62,819 nucleotides of DNA, from assembly GCA_034780895.1 (NCBI GenBank), contig JAUZTB010000062.1, forward strand, positions 21,161,696-21,224,514, given 5' to 3'. Position numbers and translations under genes: made by a program. The stretch's first letter is position 1, and each line of letters begins with the position of its first letter. The notes beneath the pieces were generated by a model. The model was not told the DNA's origin. It was given only the letters and a program-made list of their open reading frames with translations, and did not search any database. The stretch comes from Rhynchobatus australiae (Eukaryota). Positions 24,701-37,390 of this stretch are shown here, one piece after another.

Positions 24701-27700
24701 CCCAATTGGGTAATCATTCGAAACATATGTTAGCAATAGTTATGGAAGAGGAATTGAATGTGTGAAAAAGCATATGAGTGGGGCCTCAGAACAGTAACAA
24801 CACAGGAGCTGACAGTGTTCTGAAAAAACAAACCTGCAGGGGTCAAAAAAGTTGAGACTTGGACCCAAAGCTTGGCCTCGGCAAAACTTTTAAATATATA
24901 ATATGATTAAATTTGAGTTGCCATGGCGACATGCCAAGTGTATTGCAACTTAAAAACAAGCAATATTTTCTAGTTAAAAGCAATGCAACTATTCTGATAA
25001 CCCAACATCAGTAAGTACCTTGCCTAAAAGTGGCAACTGATGAATACTCATAATAGAGGATACATTATCTTGCATTAATTTAGACAGTTATGCTAATAGT
25101 CCCTAATAAAACAGCTTTGGTTATGCAGGATGTTGGTACCTTTGATGTTGGTCCAATTCATTTACAATTGACACTGAACGAAGCTGCAAAATTATTTAAA
25201 AAGACANNNNNNNNNNAATTGGAACGATTTCAATGTAGCGCTCAATTCTCCACATTTTCAGGCAAATTAATCCCTTTAAACCAAAGAAAACGATTAAGAA
25301 GAGCTACCAACCAGTAAACACCAACTGTTAAAATCATTGCCTCCATCTTGATGATGAAATACATTCACACAATTCTAGAATCAAATGCTGTATGCTGACC
25401 TTCATTTGGAACCAAACATTTAAAAAAAATTATCCATTACAAACTCAAATCTTACTACAAGCTTACAGGTAAAGCATAAATGTATCCCTTTGATAAACAC
25501 ATAAAACGTCTCATTAAATCAGTCTAAACTGAATCCCTTTCAGATCATTGTTTACCTTTGGAAAGCAAAGCAAGCAAATGTTTTGTGATGTGATGTGTGT
25601 GGTAACATTGCTCACATAACATGAAAGGAATGTGTGGCAAAGGCAACTTCAATGACAACATGATGGATGCAATGAGTGATGAATTTTGTCACAAGGTCCA
25701 ATTCAGGACAACTGAAATAATTTCTGCAACTTCTTCAATAATTAGCAGTCATTCTGTGAAAAAGAGAGCACTCGGTGGAATTTTCAATGTGTATACTATT
25801 GGGATCTTTTCTTGCCTTGGTACATCACTATCTGTCATTATGATTGATGATTGGCCTTGCTTATTTTTTAGGAAACACTGTTCATGGACCAAGCCAGATA
25901 ATCACTAAAACCTCTATTATGTATAGTTACTTAATCTTCTTGGGAGCTTGTACTTAGTAAGTATTTTTAGTAATGTGTGCAAAGGTCATGTTTTTATTGC
26001 AAAAGGTCAGAAAGCGATAAAGCGGATATGTAGTGCAAAAGACTGAAATTACTATTTATGTTTTGCTAATGAGAATGATGTTAGAAATTTTCATCAGCAT
26101 TTTCATGAGTGAGTTGTACAGCTCAACTTCCTAGTGAATTTATTACAATCTGTGATAATAGTGTGAGCATTTAAATAAATGCTCAAAAGATTGTAATAAG
26201 TTTCATATATTTCTATTGAAAATAGTACAATCTGGAAGCAACAAAACCACTTATGATGTCATTAAAAAGTAGTTATTTTGGCTAAGAAATAACTCTATTG
26301 CCGACAATAAGATGACTCATCATAACCCAAGCAAATGACCTTCATCCTTACTAAAAAAAGAATTCTTGATTACTTCACAAGATGATATATAGATGCCATT
26401 CATCAGGACATGCCTCATATTATACAACATACACCTAAATCAATTAGTCATTAGTGTCAGATTTAAATGGAGCCTAATAATGATCTTTCAAAGCTCCATA
26501 ATAATTGTCTACGTCTCAAAACTCTATTTCCCTTGATTTATCCATTTCCTCACTTCCTGAGAGCCACTAAGTAGAGATTCTTACCCTGCATTTCAATAAA
26601 CATTCCAGCATTGTACAGCTTCTTATTGATTAAAATCAACATGGTCCGTCCTGGGAAGTGAAATTGAGCTGACAATGCACTTGTCTTTTCTACTGTAATT
26701 GCATGATAGANNNNNNNNNNNNNNNNNNNNNNNNNNNNNNNNNNNNNNNNNNNNNNNNNNNNNNNNNNNNNNNNNNNNNNNNNNNNNNNNNNNNNNNNNN
26801 NNNNNNNNNNTCTACTGTAATTGCATGATAGAATACATGAAAACCTGCAGCTCCAGAATAATTGATGGCGATCACACAATCCTTCGCAGTTGATATTGTT
26901 AAAATTGCACAAAGAAATGGAATAAATCAAATAAACTTGTAATATTCATTTGAAGCCCTTCATGAGGAAACAGACCATGTCATGGAAGAAAATATTAGTC
27001 GTAGATCTGCACTCAAGTTGTAAACTAACCAGTTTATTGAAGCTTTGATAAACTCTATTCCTTTTATTATCCTTATTATACTATATGCGAAAACCAGAGC
27101 AGTATTCTTTTGAAGTAGTTTCATTTTTGAAATAAAGTGGAACCAGATTTTTAGCAGTCACAGTATTTTCCTTTGGTAATTTCAGATAATTAGTTTTCTT
27201 CTTCCTCTGGATCGGCCTTTTTCTCCATTTGTCTCATATTGCACTGTCCTCCTTTTTGTCTCCTGAATTCTACCCCATCATAGATCATCCGTTTTGCTTG
27301 TTCTTCCTTTTTAGCCCTTTTTCTGCATCTAAAGTCCATTTATATAACTTTCCCAGTTCTGATAAAATGAGATCACCCTAAAATTTAACACTGTTTTTCT
27401 CTCCGTAGATACTGCCTGATCTGTTGATTGTAGTTTAGCATTTGTGATTTTCCTTTTAGAAAGAGACCACACTTAATGAGACAAGCCCTAAATCAATTTT
27501 AGCAGATCCATCTTTACCATGTAACTGCTGTTCTTTTTCTCCGTTTTGTTGTGTTCATTGATAGATTTAAATTTAATAAATGCCAAATCACTTAATGCTT
27601 CCTGTTGTCTTTCTGAAGCATGTTTAAATGATTGCTCTTTGCACTAAACAAGAGAAACATTCATGGATTCTTGGGACCTAATAAGAAGTGCTGTGAATGT

Positions 27701-30269
27701 GAATAATCAGGGAAATAAACTGGTTGTGAATACTCTGAAATCTTTCTTGTCGTGCACACATCATGGACTGGATGGCTCAGATTCTCATTCCTATTGTTTC
27801 TGTATTATCTCTCCATTCGATGAACTCCATTGACGATTTTCTGGATAAGTGTAAAAGCTATTGCTTTACCATGCCAGAGAGGAAACATTTCTTAGGCAAC
27901 AATGTGTCTGTATGTGAACATTGGGATGAGAACAATGTCATCCTAATGACCAAATCCATTATTAATGATCTAATACAGTTTATAATTGAAAAGGTGACAC
28001 CAAGCATGTAAATGTAATTTCAGAAAGATGGACAAAGATTAGTAACACGGCGCTTGAAATTTAACATCTAGCTGTAAAGTGATGCATTTTATTAGGAAGA
28101 AGAATAGCTAAACTAAATTATACAATTTTAAAGAGGATACAGACACAACTAGAAAAAAACTGCAACTGCTGGAAATCAGAAATAAAAACAGAAAATGCTG
28201 CAGACTGAATCAGACTGAAAACAAATTGAAGAACTTTCATTAGAACTCAGATTCTGCCTGACCTGTATCTTCTGTTTTAATTCAGAGAGGCCTAGGGTGC
28301 TTACTCTTAAATCTTTGGTGGTTATAGGTCATAAAACAATTTTTAGTCAATAAAATATTTCTNNNNNNNNNNNNNNNNNNNNNNNNNNNNNNNNNNNNNN
28401 NNNNNNNNNNNNNNNNNNNNNNNNNNNNNNNNNNNNNNAAAAAAAAAATTTTTTTTTTAAAATTTTTTCTGACGATTAAAGCGACTAAAATAACCTAGCA
28501 TGATAAAAATAAATATTTAAANNNNNNNNNNNNNNNNNNNNNNNNNNNNNNNNNNNNNNNNNNNNNNNNNNNNNNNNNNNNNNNNNNNNNNNNNNNNNNN
28601 NNNNNNNNNNNNNNNNNNNNNNNNNNNNNNNNNNNNNNNNNNNNNNNNNNNNNNNNNNNNNNNNNNNNNNNNNNNNNNNNNNNNNNNNNNNNNNNNNNNN
28701 NNNNNNNNNNNNNNNNNNNNNNNNNNNNNNNNNNNNNNNNNNNNNNNNNNNNNNNNNNNNNNNNNNNNNNNNNNNNNNNNNNNNNNNNNNNNNNNNNNNN
28801 NNNNNNNNNNNNNNNNNNNNNNNNNNNNNAGAGCTAGACATTAGGAAGTTGTCAAGTTCTTTTAGCGAGTCCATGAGAGGTTTACTAAAATGATATCAGG
28901 TATGTGGAGAGACTGGAGAAGTTGCAATTTTTCACCCTAGAGCAGAGTAGATTAAGAAGAAATTTTAAAAGAGGAAATTTGATTACAACGAGTTTTGATA
29001 GAATAAGGAATGGCATAAAGATCAGTAAACAGAGGGCACAGATTTAATGTATTTCCATCAAAGAACTTGAGCCAGTACAGCAAGTGATTGTGATCTAGAA
29101 ATGCACTGAAAGGGTAGAGAAACCCAATACTAACATCCAAAGGGAAATTCTATAAATATTTTCAGGGAAAACATTTGGACTTTTATGGGGGAGAAAGGAA
29201 TTGTGAGACGTCAGTGAATTCCACACAAAAAGAATCAAGGCCAACCAGAATGAGCCAACTAATGTATAATTCTATGATTGTATGATAACAGACAAAGCTG
29301 TGATGCCGTGTGGAGCTGGAGGGCCTCTCTGAACCCAAACATAAAGATTGGTCAAATAATGAGTGAATCATTAGCAGGAAGCTGGCAGCAATAGAAGCAT
29401 ACCCTATCATGATTCATGCTTCAAGAGAAATGTTGAGAAAATAATGAGAGCCTTTTAGAAATATACACTGAGGAATATTTAAGACACTGTTGCAATGATA
29501 TGTTTAAATGCAATAGCATTACAAGGGTAAGGTAGATTCAGCAAATAATAATTCGACATTACAACCAGAAGAGTATAATAATCTCAGGTAAAACTTCATT
29601 GCACGATATAAGTGTTACATTATTGTGCTTTGGTTATGTCAATAAAAGGAAATGGCTGTTGCAGACCGGCACTCCTCAATGAAGAGCAAAATATTTTCCT
29701 CAACAGAGAGCACCCTTTACCAAAAAGACAATTAACATAATTCATTAGATATGTATCTCATTGGAGTCAGGATCCTGCTTTGTGCAATATGATTACAGAA
29801 TTTTCTCAATTAACAATAGTAACTGCATATCAAATTAATTATCTGTAAAGTGCTTTGATACACACTGAGGGACCTGAACAGATGCCACATAATTGTACAC
29901 CTTTTCTATTATTGCAACTATTACATCTTGACAGTGTTTTTCTTTTTGGCATAGGCCACTGAAAATAAGTATGCTATTAAAGTAAGTGTGGTGTGGATGC
30001 TACACATTACAAAAGCCAGCGAGAAACAGAATTGTTTCAATCTGCTAATGAAATTTCTATTAATGGGGACCAGAATCCAAAACAAAAATCCTTGCAAAAA
30101 GTTTCACATTATTGAAAATTTAGGATAATTTAAATAACCATTGGTAGTGACCTAAGCCGTTCTGACTGTACAGCAAAAAATACACCTAAAGGGGCGGAGG
30201 GAAGCGCATATTAGAGGTATGAGACATTTTCTTATTTAAGGCTACACTTGAGGACTCCACCTCCATCCT

Positions 30270-30400
30270 GCTTCTGCAGTCCCTCGGGATCCGGGATGAC
30301 TTGTTTCCACTCGGGTTTGTGGGTTCTGAGGTGGCTGACGAGGCCAGTGTGGGAACCGCAGGATCTTCCACAGATGGGAGAGGGGGCGGCTTGCGGGTGG
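30270..30400 (-). mobile_element. RTE-clade LINE 3' end
   Basis: The minus strand encodes PICGRSCGSHTGLVSHLRTHKPEWKQVIPDPEGL, the C-terminal C2H2 finger of RTE ORF2. Confidence 0.75.
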
Positions 30401-33400
30401 GGACTTGCTGCCTCTATTATATGTCTTCATAAACATGACTGCAGTCATTACATGCTGTGGCTGCTATCTCCAACCAGATAGTACATTTTTCGGTTTGGAG
30501 GTATGAAAAATTAAACCCGGTGTAACACAGGAGGATGTACGTGTTTGCTGAGCGTACATAGTTGATAACCTTTTATTTTTCATTTGTTCTTCGTCATTCA
30601 AAAAAAACTTTCCGCTCAGATGGTGGGAAGGGGGTGCTCAGGAGTAACGTTTCCCCAGTGTGTCCATTCATGGTTCTAGTGGAACCACAAGCGCTTGTGA
30701 TCCAGCAGTTATCTGACGGCATGGCCTCCACTGATTGCAGGCCTTTGGAAAATCTGTTCTTCTAAGACGGTAACAAAAAAAAAGCTGATACGAAACAAAA
30801 CTCACACAGGTTCCTAGATCTCCCTGCCTCTCCATCCCCTCCCACTCACTAGTTTCATCGATTCACCCGTGCAACACGCACAACTTGTCAGCGCCACGAA
30901 AGGAGTCAGTGAACGCATTAAAAGACTCCCCCTTTGTGCGGCAGTCCTTTTGCTGGAGCCATTTTCTGCACGTCACTGTCATGGTCACTGTGACAGAAAT
31001 CAGCAGTCATTCTCCCTGCATGTCAGCACCGACACGATTAAACATCGCAAGGGCTTTATCTGCACCGCGCCGGAACTAGAAAAATAAATCCAGCTTTCGA
31101 CCTCTCGCCAAGTCCCGGCCAGGTCCTGTCTGTTTCACTCCATCATTTCACCCGTTGCTCATTTGACCCGACACCTCATGTTCCTCGCCTCGTTCGCACC
31201 CAGTCGCATTAACTAGCGGAGTGATGAATAACAACCTCCCTAACGTGGTTACGGCTGTTATAATGTCCATTCCACTGGCGGGGATATAGACATCCACCCC
31301 CACCAGTTGGATTGTCGGAGGGAATGGACCCTGAAGTCAAGCTGTTACCCACTGCCCTTCACATACCCTCATCAATTAACCGCGCTCAAAAGGAACTCTT
31401 CACTGCAGTCGCTAAAAATGTTTCTGGTGAAAGGAAGGATTGATTATGATTTCACTAAAGTATTCCGCTAAACAAAGGGCGGAATTAAAAAATGCTTAAA
31501 TAAATAATGCGTGGCCTTAAAGAGGCAGGGTGCAGGGTTGCTGCCCGTATAAATTATTCACTCATGTTTTCTTTTGCAGTACCCCTTATCTCGTATTCAC
31601 TTTTATGGTGGTCGAGGGAAAAGTCGGGCAAGTAGCTGTTATGGGACGTGGTGTAAGGACTCGGACATCGGTGGCTTTGTTTTGCCCCACAGAGAACGTA
31701 TTACAGAGAACGAGGTAGAAGAGGCATCACTTCTGATGCAGGAGAGTAAAGCAGTCGAAGAATGAATAGCCGAACACCGATCGCATGGCCTTGCTACTGT
31801 TGGAGTGAACTTTATCGTCGGTGTTTTCTTCACGGAGCTCTCGGAAGGCCAATCGGAAACAGTCGGCTCTCTCTGAGCGCGCCGTGGATTACAGTGATGG
31901 AAGCATTTCACATTCACAAACACACACATCACTGGATCCGAAGCGCAGGTTCCCGAGAACACTGTCCGGAGAGCAGTCGGTAGCGCACTGTGATTGAACA
32001 CTCCCCACCAACACATTCGGCAGATACTCACACAATTTCTCCTTTCTTGTAACCACTTTCATTTTTCCTTTACCTTTGAACATGTTTTGTGTTGTACTTC
32101 TTCCCTGCCCCTAATCTTACTGGAGAGAGGCGCCCAGAGTGTCATATTTTAGCCACTGCATTTCCAGTCGCTTGAAGTGAAGTCACCACAGGACGCAAAT
32201 GTGCGTTTTGTCATAAAGCAAAGTCATCTTGCAAGAGCATACACTTCATCCATTCAACATAGATTCACACAGGAACTATCTCAAGCTTTTTCCACATTTA
32301 GTCCTATGACTAAACGGCAATTAGTTATTGATCAATCAATCAATCAGTGAACTGTAATTATTTAACTTAATAAAATGGCAAGTATATTTGAATGATTATC
32401 TTCCCCCACTATCTTTACTTTTAAGAGTACATTTCCTATCCTGGATTGAAGAACTGATCATTTGTAAAACTCTGCCGCCTTAAATTAGCTGTTCGCCCAT
32501 ATAAATAATATGTATAAATTATAATATATAATAAGTTATATCATTAATTGAACATAGTTTTAGCCGTGCCTTGTTGGAGCAAGCTAAAAGCGGTTTCAGG
32601 TCTAAACTTCAGTCAAACTCAAAAATAAATAAGTAAATAAAATCAATTGAAAACAACGGCCAAATTGCCTTGTTTTACTGCGCTAGGGGTAATAAAGCCG
32701 ACTAGCTCCAAGGAAACATGAAAGGCAAACGGTTTACTGTTCAGCGGCAGTAAAATTATAAATCCTTTCATGATAGTGAGCGCCAATAAATGGCAGGGTG
32801 GGTCTGACCCTACCTCCGGATGACAGAATTTGTGCAGCATCGGATTATCCGATGATTAAATCTCTCCGGCCTCCCTGGATTACACTTGAAACACCGGAAC
32901 TCACAGATTTACTTGATTGCGGTGACTTGTACCAAACGTTGGACGAGTTATGCAACGCTCCTACCAAAAACTAACTCTTCAGTTCTACCGCATATACATG
33001 GAGTGCGAGGAGTTGCACCATCAATTATAGTAATTAAACTTCGAAATACCGGAGAACGTTCCTGTCTGTATTTGGGCCGAAATTATGGAATGTGTGCTCT
33101 GGAAACTGATTTTGCTCCACGGCGAAACGCCCTGAGTTGATATTTAAGACCAACATTTTGTCTAATCATTGTTGGCGAGGTTTACACTCTGGCTTCAGAA
33201 AGATGCCATTGCAGTAAAATCGCGAAATGGACGCCCTTTTTATAGTGTTATGTTTTTATGGTTTCACATCTGAACATCAGACCCTCCTCAAAATCGCAAC
33301 TGCATAATAATTATGAGTCTATAAGTGGAGGATAAATCTTCCAGACTGGTGTGCTGACACAAACAATGATTCCAGACACCCTGAGCAATTACTTTCTGTA

Positions 33401-34264
33401 TGAATGCTCAGAAAATCTGGTTATTTATCTTCCCCGGCTTTGAAATATCAACCGCAGATAGAGATGTTGATTCTGTAAATCATATTGGCAGTACAATAAA
33501 CGTTATCAATTCCCAATAACCTTACTTTGTAAAGTATTGTCAATTTGCCCGGTTGTCAATATTATTGCCTTTCTGCTCGTAGAAGATCACAATTAACATT
33601 TCCCTCTCGTCATTTGAGATCAATAATATTGAACCAGCAATTTAGTAATGTGTACGAAATAGGATTCCGGGTGAGTTTTTGTTTTGAACCTGTTGATAAG
33701 CAGTCGGTGACCACTCAAGTATTAACAGTGCACAGAAAGCATGAAGATCTAATGGCCTTTTGGTACACAAATCATATCGCGCCTATAATAATGCCGGTGA
33801 TTATAGAACAGGGATCAAACTGTCGCGCTAGCTGGCCTTTAAGTAGATAATTAACAATACATTCAGAGTATGTTTATAGCTGCAATTTAGACNNNNNNNN
33901 NNNNNNNNNNNNNNNNNNNNNNNNNNNNNNNNNNNNNNNNNNNNNNNNNNNNNNNNNNNNNNNNNNNNNNTACCATTAATGTGGAGGGGTGTGTGTGTGT
34001 GGGGGGGGGATGTTGGGGGTGGTTTGGATATCCTCCCTGGGTGAGTTACAAGCGTAAAGACGGATACTGCTCCGTGATCTGAAAGGGTTGTCATTGACTG
34101 CACGCGGATTGCCTGTCCTGACTTAGTTAAGATTCGGTACAGTCGGTGGAGCTTTAGATTTGAACGTTTTCTCTTGCTCACACCATCAATGGATTTTCGG
34201 GTTAAGGTTACGTGCAGTCGGTGAAATTACCTTTCTTTAAAAAGGGAATGAAATTTGCTCTTAC

Positions 34265-35282
34265 CTACACACTCATTGGACTCTCTGGCCGTGGCTCTCT
34301 GCCAGGGTCGGTCGTAATGGAAAGGTTTACATCTGTCACATTCCGGGCCGGCGGTGTTATGCTTACAGTCACAAACCAGGTTACCATCCCGATCCTTGAT
34401 GCACCTGGACGCGTGGCCGTTGCATTTACAACGGCCACCGACCTGTAGATCGGAGACTGCGTAATAATAGGACTCCCGGGCTAGTTCCGAATCGTCTTCA
34501 TTCTCATCCCCGAAGGTATGGAGACGGCTGAAGGCCACCTTGATGTCTGTAGCAGTGACCCAGTCTTGAAGGACAGGGCTGTTGTCAAAATCGTGCGCCG
34601 AGGGGCGACCGTCCAAGGTGCTGAAAGCGATCAAGCCCCCTGTGAAAGGATGCATGTCGGTGTGGGAGTCGGTGCAGATGGCCTCTTGCTCGTTCTGTTT
34701 CGTGATTACTGCCTTGTTGGGCTTGTTGTACATTTTTCTACACTGAGTGGAGTAGAACTGAAAGGGCACCCAGGATTTGCCGTAGTCCATCGATTTGTAG
34801 ATGGCCATGGATTCTGGTCGCGGGGAGCAGAACTGCAGACTGACGTATGTGACTTCAAATTTCTTGCCGAGGGAGAGCGTGAGGGTTACATTTTGAGGGT
34901 ACTGGATGTAATTCTCTGATTGCCAGCAGGTTAGGTTGTGAGGATTGTTGAGGTCGGTCAGGTAGGCTGGCGGACGAGCCTTCTTAGGGTCCGTAGCATC
35001 ACACAAGTGACAATTCCTGAACCGCTCGTCTCCCTTTTCCGTCACCACACAGTACCTGGACGCGGGTTTGCCGCAAGTGCTGGACACTTTCACTTCCTTG
35101 CCGAAAGCGGAGTTGACGAAGTCGGGGATACAACGCCTGGGGTTGCTGTTCTCGTCGTAGCAGGGATCTGGAGGAGTCTGCTGGGCTGCAAACATGCTCA
35201 TGCCATATCCCCCGCGGACTCCTTCCACTAGGCAGCTTAGACCCAGAAAAGCGCATACAAACTCCCAGAAACTCAACAGCAT
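34265..35282 (-). CDS. NTN1: Netrin-1, first coding exon (aa 1-339 plus 1 nt): signal peptide, laminin N-terminal (VI) domain, LE repeat V-1; partial CDS
   Basis: The ORF reads [96 protein letters not shown] and [14 protein letters not shown]...[15 protein letters not shown], colinear with vertebrate netrin-1. Similarity ends at NECV, where the minus strand reads GTAG|GTAAGA (donor GT at 34264-34263). This gives 1018 coding nt, phase 1. Confidence 0.97.
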
Positions 35283-35345
35283 TTTGTTCTCCCTTCACAG
35301 TGTAGCCTCGATACTTACGACGAAGGATCCTAGTAAAAAAAATAC
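35283..35345 (-). other. NTN1: 5' UTR part of the NTN1 coding exon and its splice acceptor (exon probably starts at 35329)
   Basis: The minus strand reads ttctgtattttttttactAG|GATCC (AG at 35331-35330), 47 nt upstream of the ATG. Vertebrate NTN1 has a non-coding first exon. Confidence 0.7.
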
Positions 35346-37380
35346 AGAAACGCAATGCACAGGAAGATCAGTTATCATAAATTAAAAGAGCAAAAAAATA
35401 GCTTCCCAAATGCAGGTAACATTAAGTTTCAAGATTCCTTTTCATTCTCTCGGTGATCATTCTGTGTGGAGTGTTACCTGTAAAACGCTTTGATTGAAAG
35501 CAGAACAATGCAAAAACCGATGCCCTTTTCTTTAGCTAAGAGACCGCTTTCTACACTGTGCATCAGTCATTTCCATACCCCGGCATCGAGGAGAGTCTCC
35601 CTTTCCTTTGGGACTCTCTGTCTCTGCGCCTTGTGTCTGCATAGAAAGTGAATGACGTGCACAACTCTTGNNNNNNNNNNNNNNNNNNNNNNNNNNNNNN
35701 NNNNNNNNNNNNNNNNNNNNNNNNNNNNNNNNNNNNNNNNNNNNNNNNNNNNNNNNNNNNNNNNNNNNNNNNNNNNNNNNNNNNNNNNNNNNNNNNNNNN
35801 NNNNNNNNNNNNNNNNNNNNNNNNNNNNNNNNNNNNNNNNNNNNNNNNNNNNNNNNNNNNNNNNNNNNNNNNNNNNNNNNNNNNNNNNNNNNNNNNNNNN
35901 NNNNNNNNNNNNNNNNNNNNNNNNNNNNNNNNNNNNNNNNNNNNNNNNNNNNNNNNNNNNNNNNNNATTATTCCGGATGATAACTGCTGTGCAATAATAT
36001 TCCCAAAAATGTGCAGTTCTATTACAGTGGAGATTGGAGGTGTGGACACGATTACAGGAGAGTGGCAGGTAGTTATCAATGTCGTTCTGTAATGCCGCTC
36101 TATTCCCGCGGGTTCACTGGGATGCTGGGTTGCATCGCAAATCCACCGTTATTTTTCCACCAACAATATTTTACACTTTATACACTCATTACATCCGCAG
36201 AAATCATGAGTTTTTTTACGTAGGTTTCGGCAATATTTCCGTTTTTTAAATCTTTGGCAGGAGTATAAAGAAGACTTAAAATATCATAGTCTGTGTTTAA
36301 AATGGGGTAACGCACCCTTCAAAGCATTTATTGGTGTTTAATTAGATTTTTTTCAATATTCACACTTTCCACGCTGAAAATTAGAACACGTGCTTATGTA
36401 TCGAATTATGGTTTACATGCGATAAGACCGCTGTCATATAAATACCAAAAGTATCCCTACCACTGTGTGTGGGAGTAGAAAACGAAAGCTGTACCCTACA
36501 GAACGTATAAGATCACATAAACGAATTGATTCCACCAGCCACCTGTCCTTTATTTAACTACATTTTCCCTGAAAAGCGACTATGCTCGTCCAAATGATGG
36601 TTTACGGTGTCATCAGTATCGCCCCCTCCTAATTAAGTGGGATACACAGAACTGCCAAAGGAAACCCTTTATAAACACGACTTGTTGGTCTAGAATTTAA
36701 CGCATATCAAGATACAACTACAAAAAGTGCAATTAAAATGTTAATGCGCGTAATAATGGTCGAGGAAGGCATTCCGCACCAGTTTTGTTACAACACAAAA
36801 GACTGCTACAAATTCACATGTAAACGATGATTGACACTGCAATGAAATTGTTAACTCGGAGACAGCGCAAGGCCGCTTCCAAAAAGTTGCTGAATAAAAA
36901 AAAAGTGCTCACGCAGACGAAACAAAAGCGAGAAAGGAACTGCAGTTTCCAGAGGTATTTCTTTATGCATGCAGTCCTAAAACCACTTGATAAAAGGGTG
37001 TCAGAAATTATCTATAAAGCAATCCTTGTATAGTTTCGCATCCTGGATGGTGTGTGCGTGTGTGTGAAATGTAGCAGCATTTTTGTTTCTAGGTAAACCA
37101 CACTAACTGGTCTGAATGTAGATTATTGTAGACCCAGTGATCCTGGTCGCAGAGTAAGGTGGAGCGGTGGGGGTGGGGAATCAAGAACCTGTTATTGTGG
37201 CAATCACAACTACAGATTTGGACTATGCAAATTTGCTTCGACAATGCTTCTGTAAGGCTCTGCTTGAAAAAGGAGGCTGAATAAATGGGCTGTTGTAAAT
37301 TGAATTAGTCCCTGATTAATCTCGCCTCAGTCCTGCTCTCTCAGTGGGGTGGCTTTGGGATTCCAGCCGCTGTCCCTGCA

Positions 37381-37390
37381 GGAAAGCCCC
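37381..37390 (-). promoter_or_regulatory. NF-kB consensus site GGGGCTTTCC, ~2.1 kb upstream of the NTN1 ATG
   Basis: Plus-strand ggaaagcccc is GGGGCTTTCC on the minus strand, matching GGGRNNYYCC. A second kB-like GGGATTCC lies at 37357-37364. Confidence 0.45.

Larger units (their letters stand above)
1..34264 (-). other. NTN1: 5' portion of the long NTN1 intron after the first coding exon
   Basis: It starts at a canonical GTAAGA donor. The next expected exon (ACNCNLHARRC...) was not seen by eye in the window; it could lie beyond base 1 or under Ns. Confidence 0.75.

Noticed and set aside
26689-26832. Direct repeats flanking 100-N gaps (also at ~49604-49733 and ~60909-61040)
   Set aside because: Overlapping contig ends duplicated by scaffolding; not TSDs, LTRs or CRISPR-like repeats.
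28439-28521. Isolated A/T-run island between two gaps
   Set aside because: Low complexity and gap-bounded; likely an assembly artefact and not interpretable.
30280-30289. Perfect EBF palindrome TCCCTCGGGA
   Set aside because: It lies inside the RTE LINE fragment and is explained by the element's own sequence.
34227-34264. C-terminal [12 protein letters not shown] of the 351-aa ORF, read as a short secreted netrin
   Set aside because: It is read-through into the intron past a canonical GTAAGA donor at the expected exon boundary; there is no evidence for a truncated isoform.
34212-35385. Overlapping plus-strand and alternative-frame ORFs (78-133 aa)
   Set aside because: Shadow ORFs of the GC-rich NTN1 exon with no recognisable protein features.
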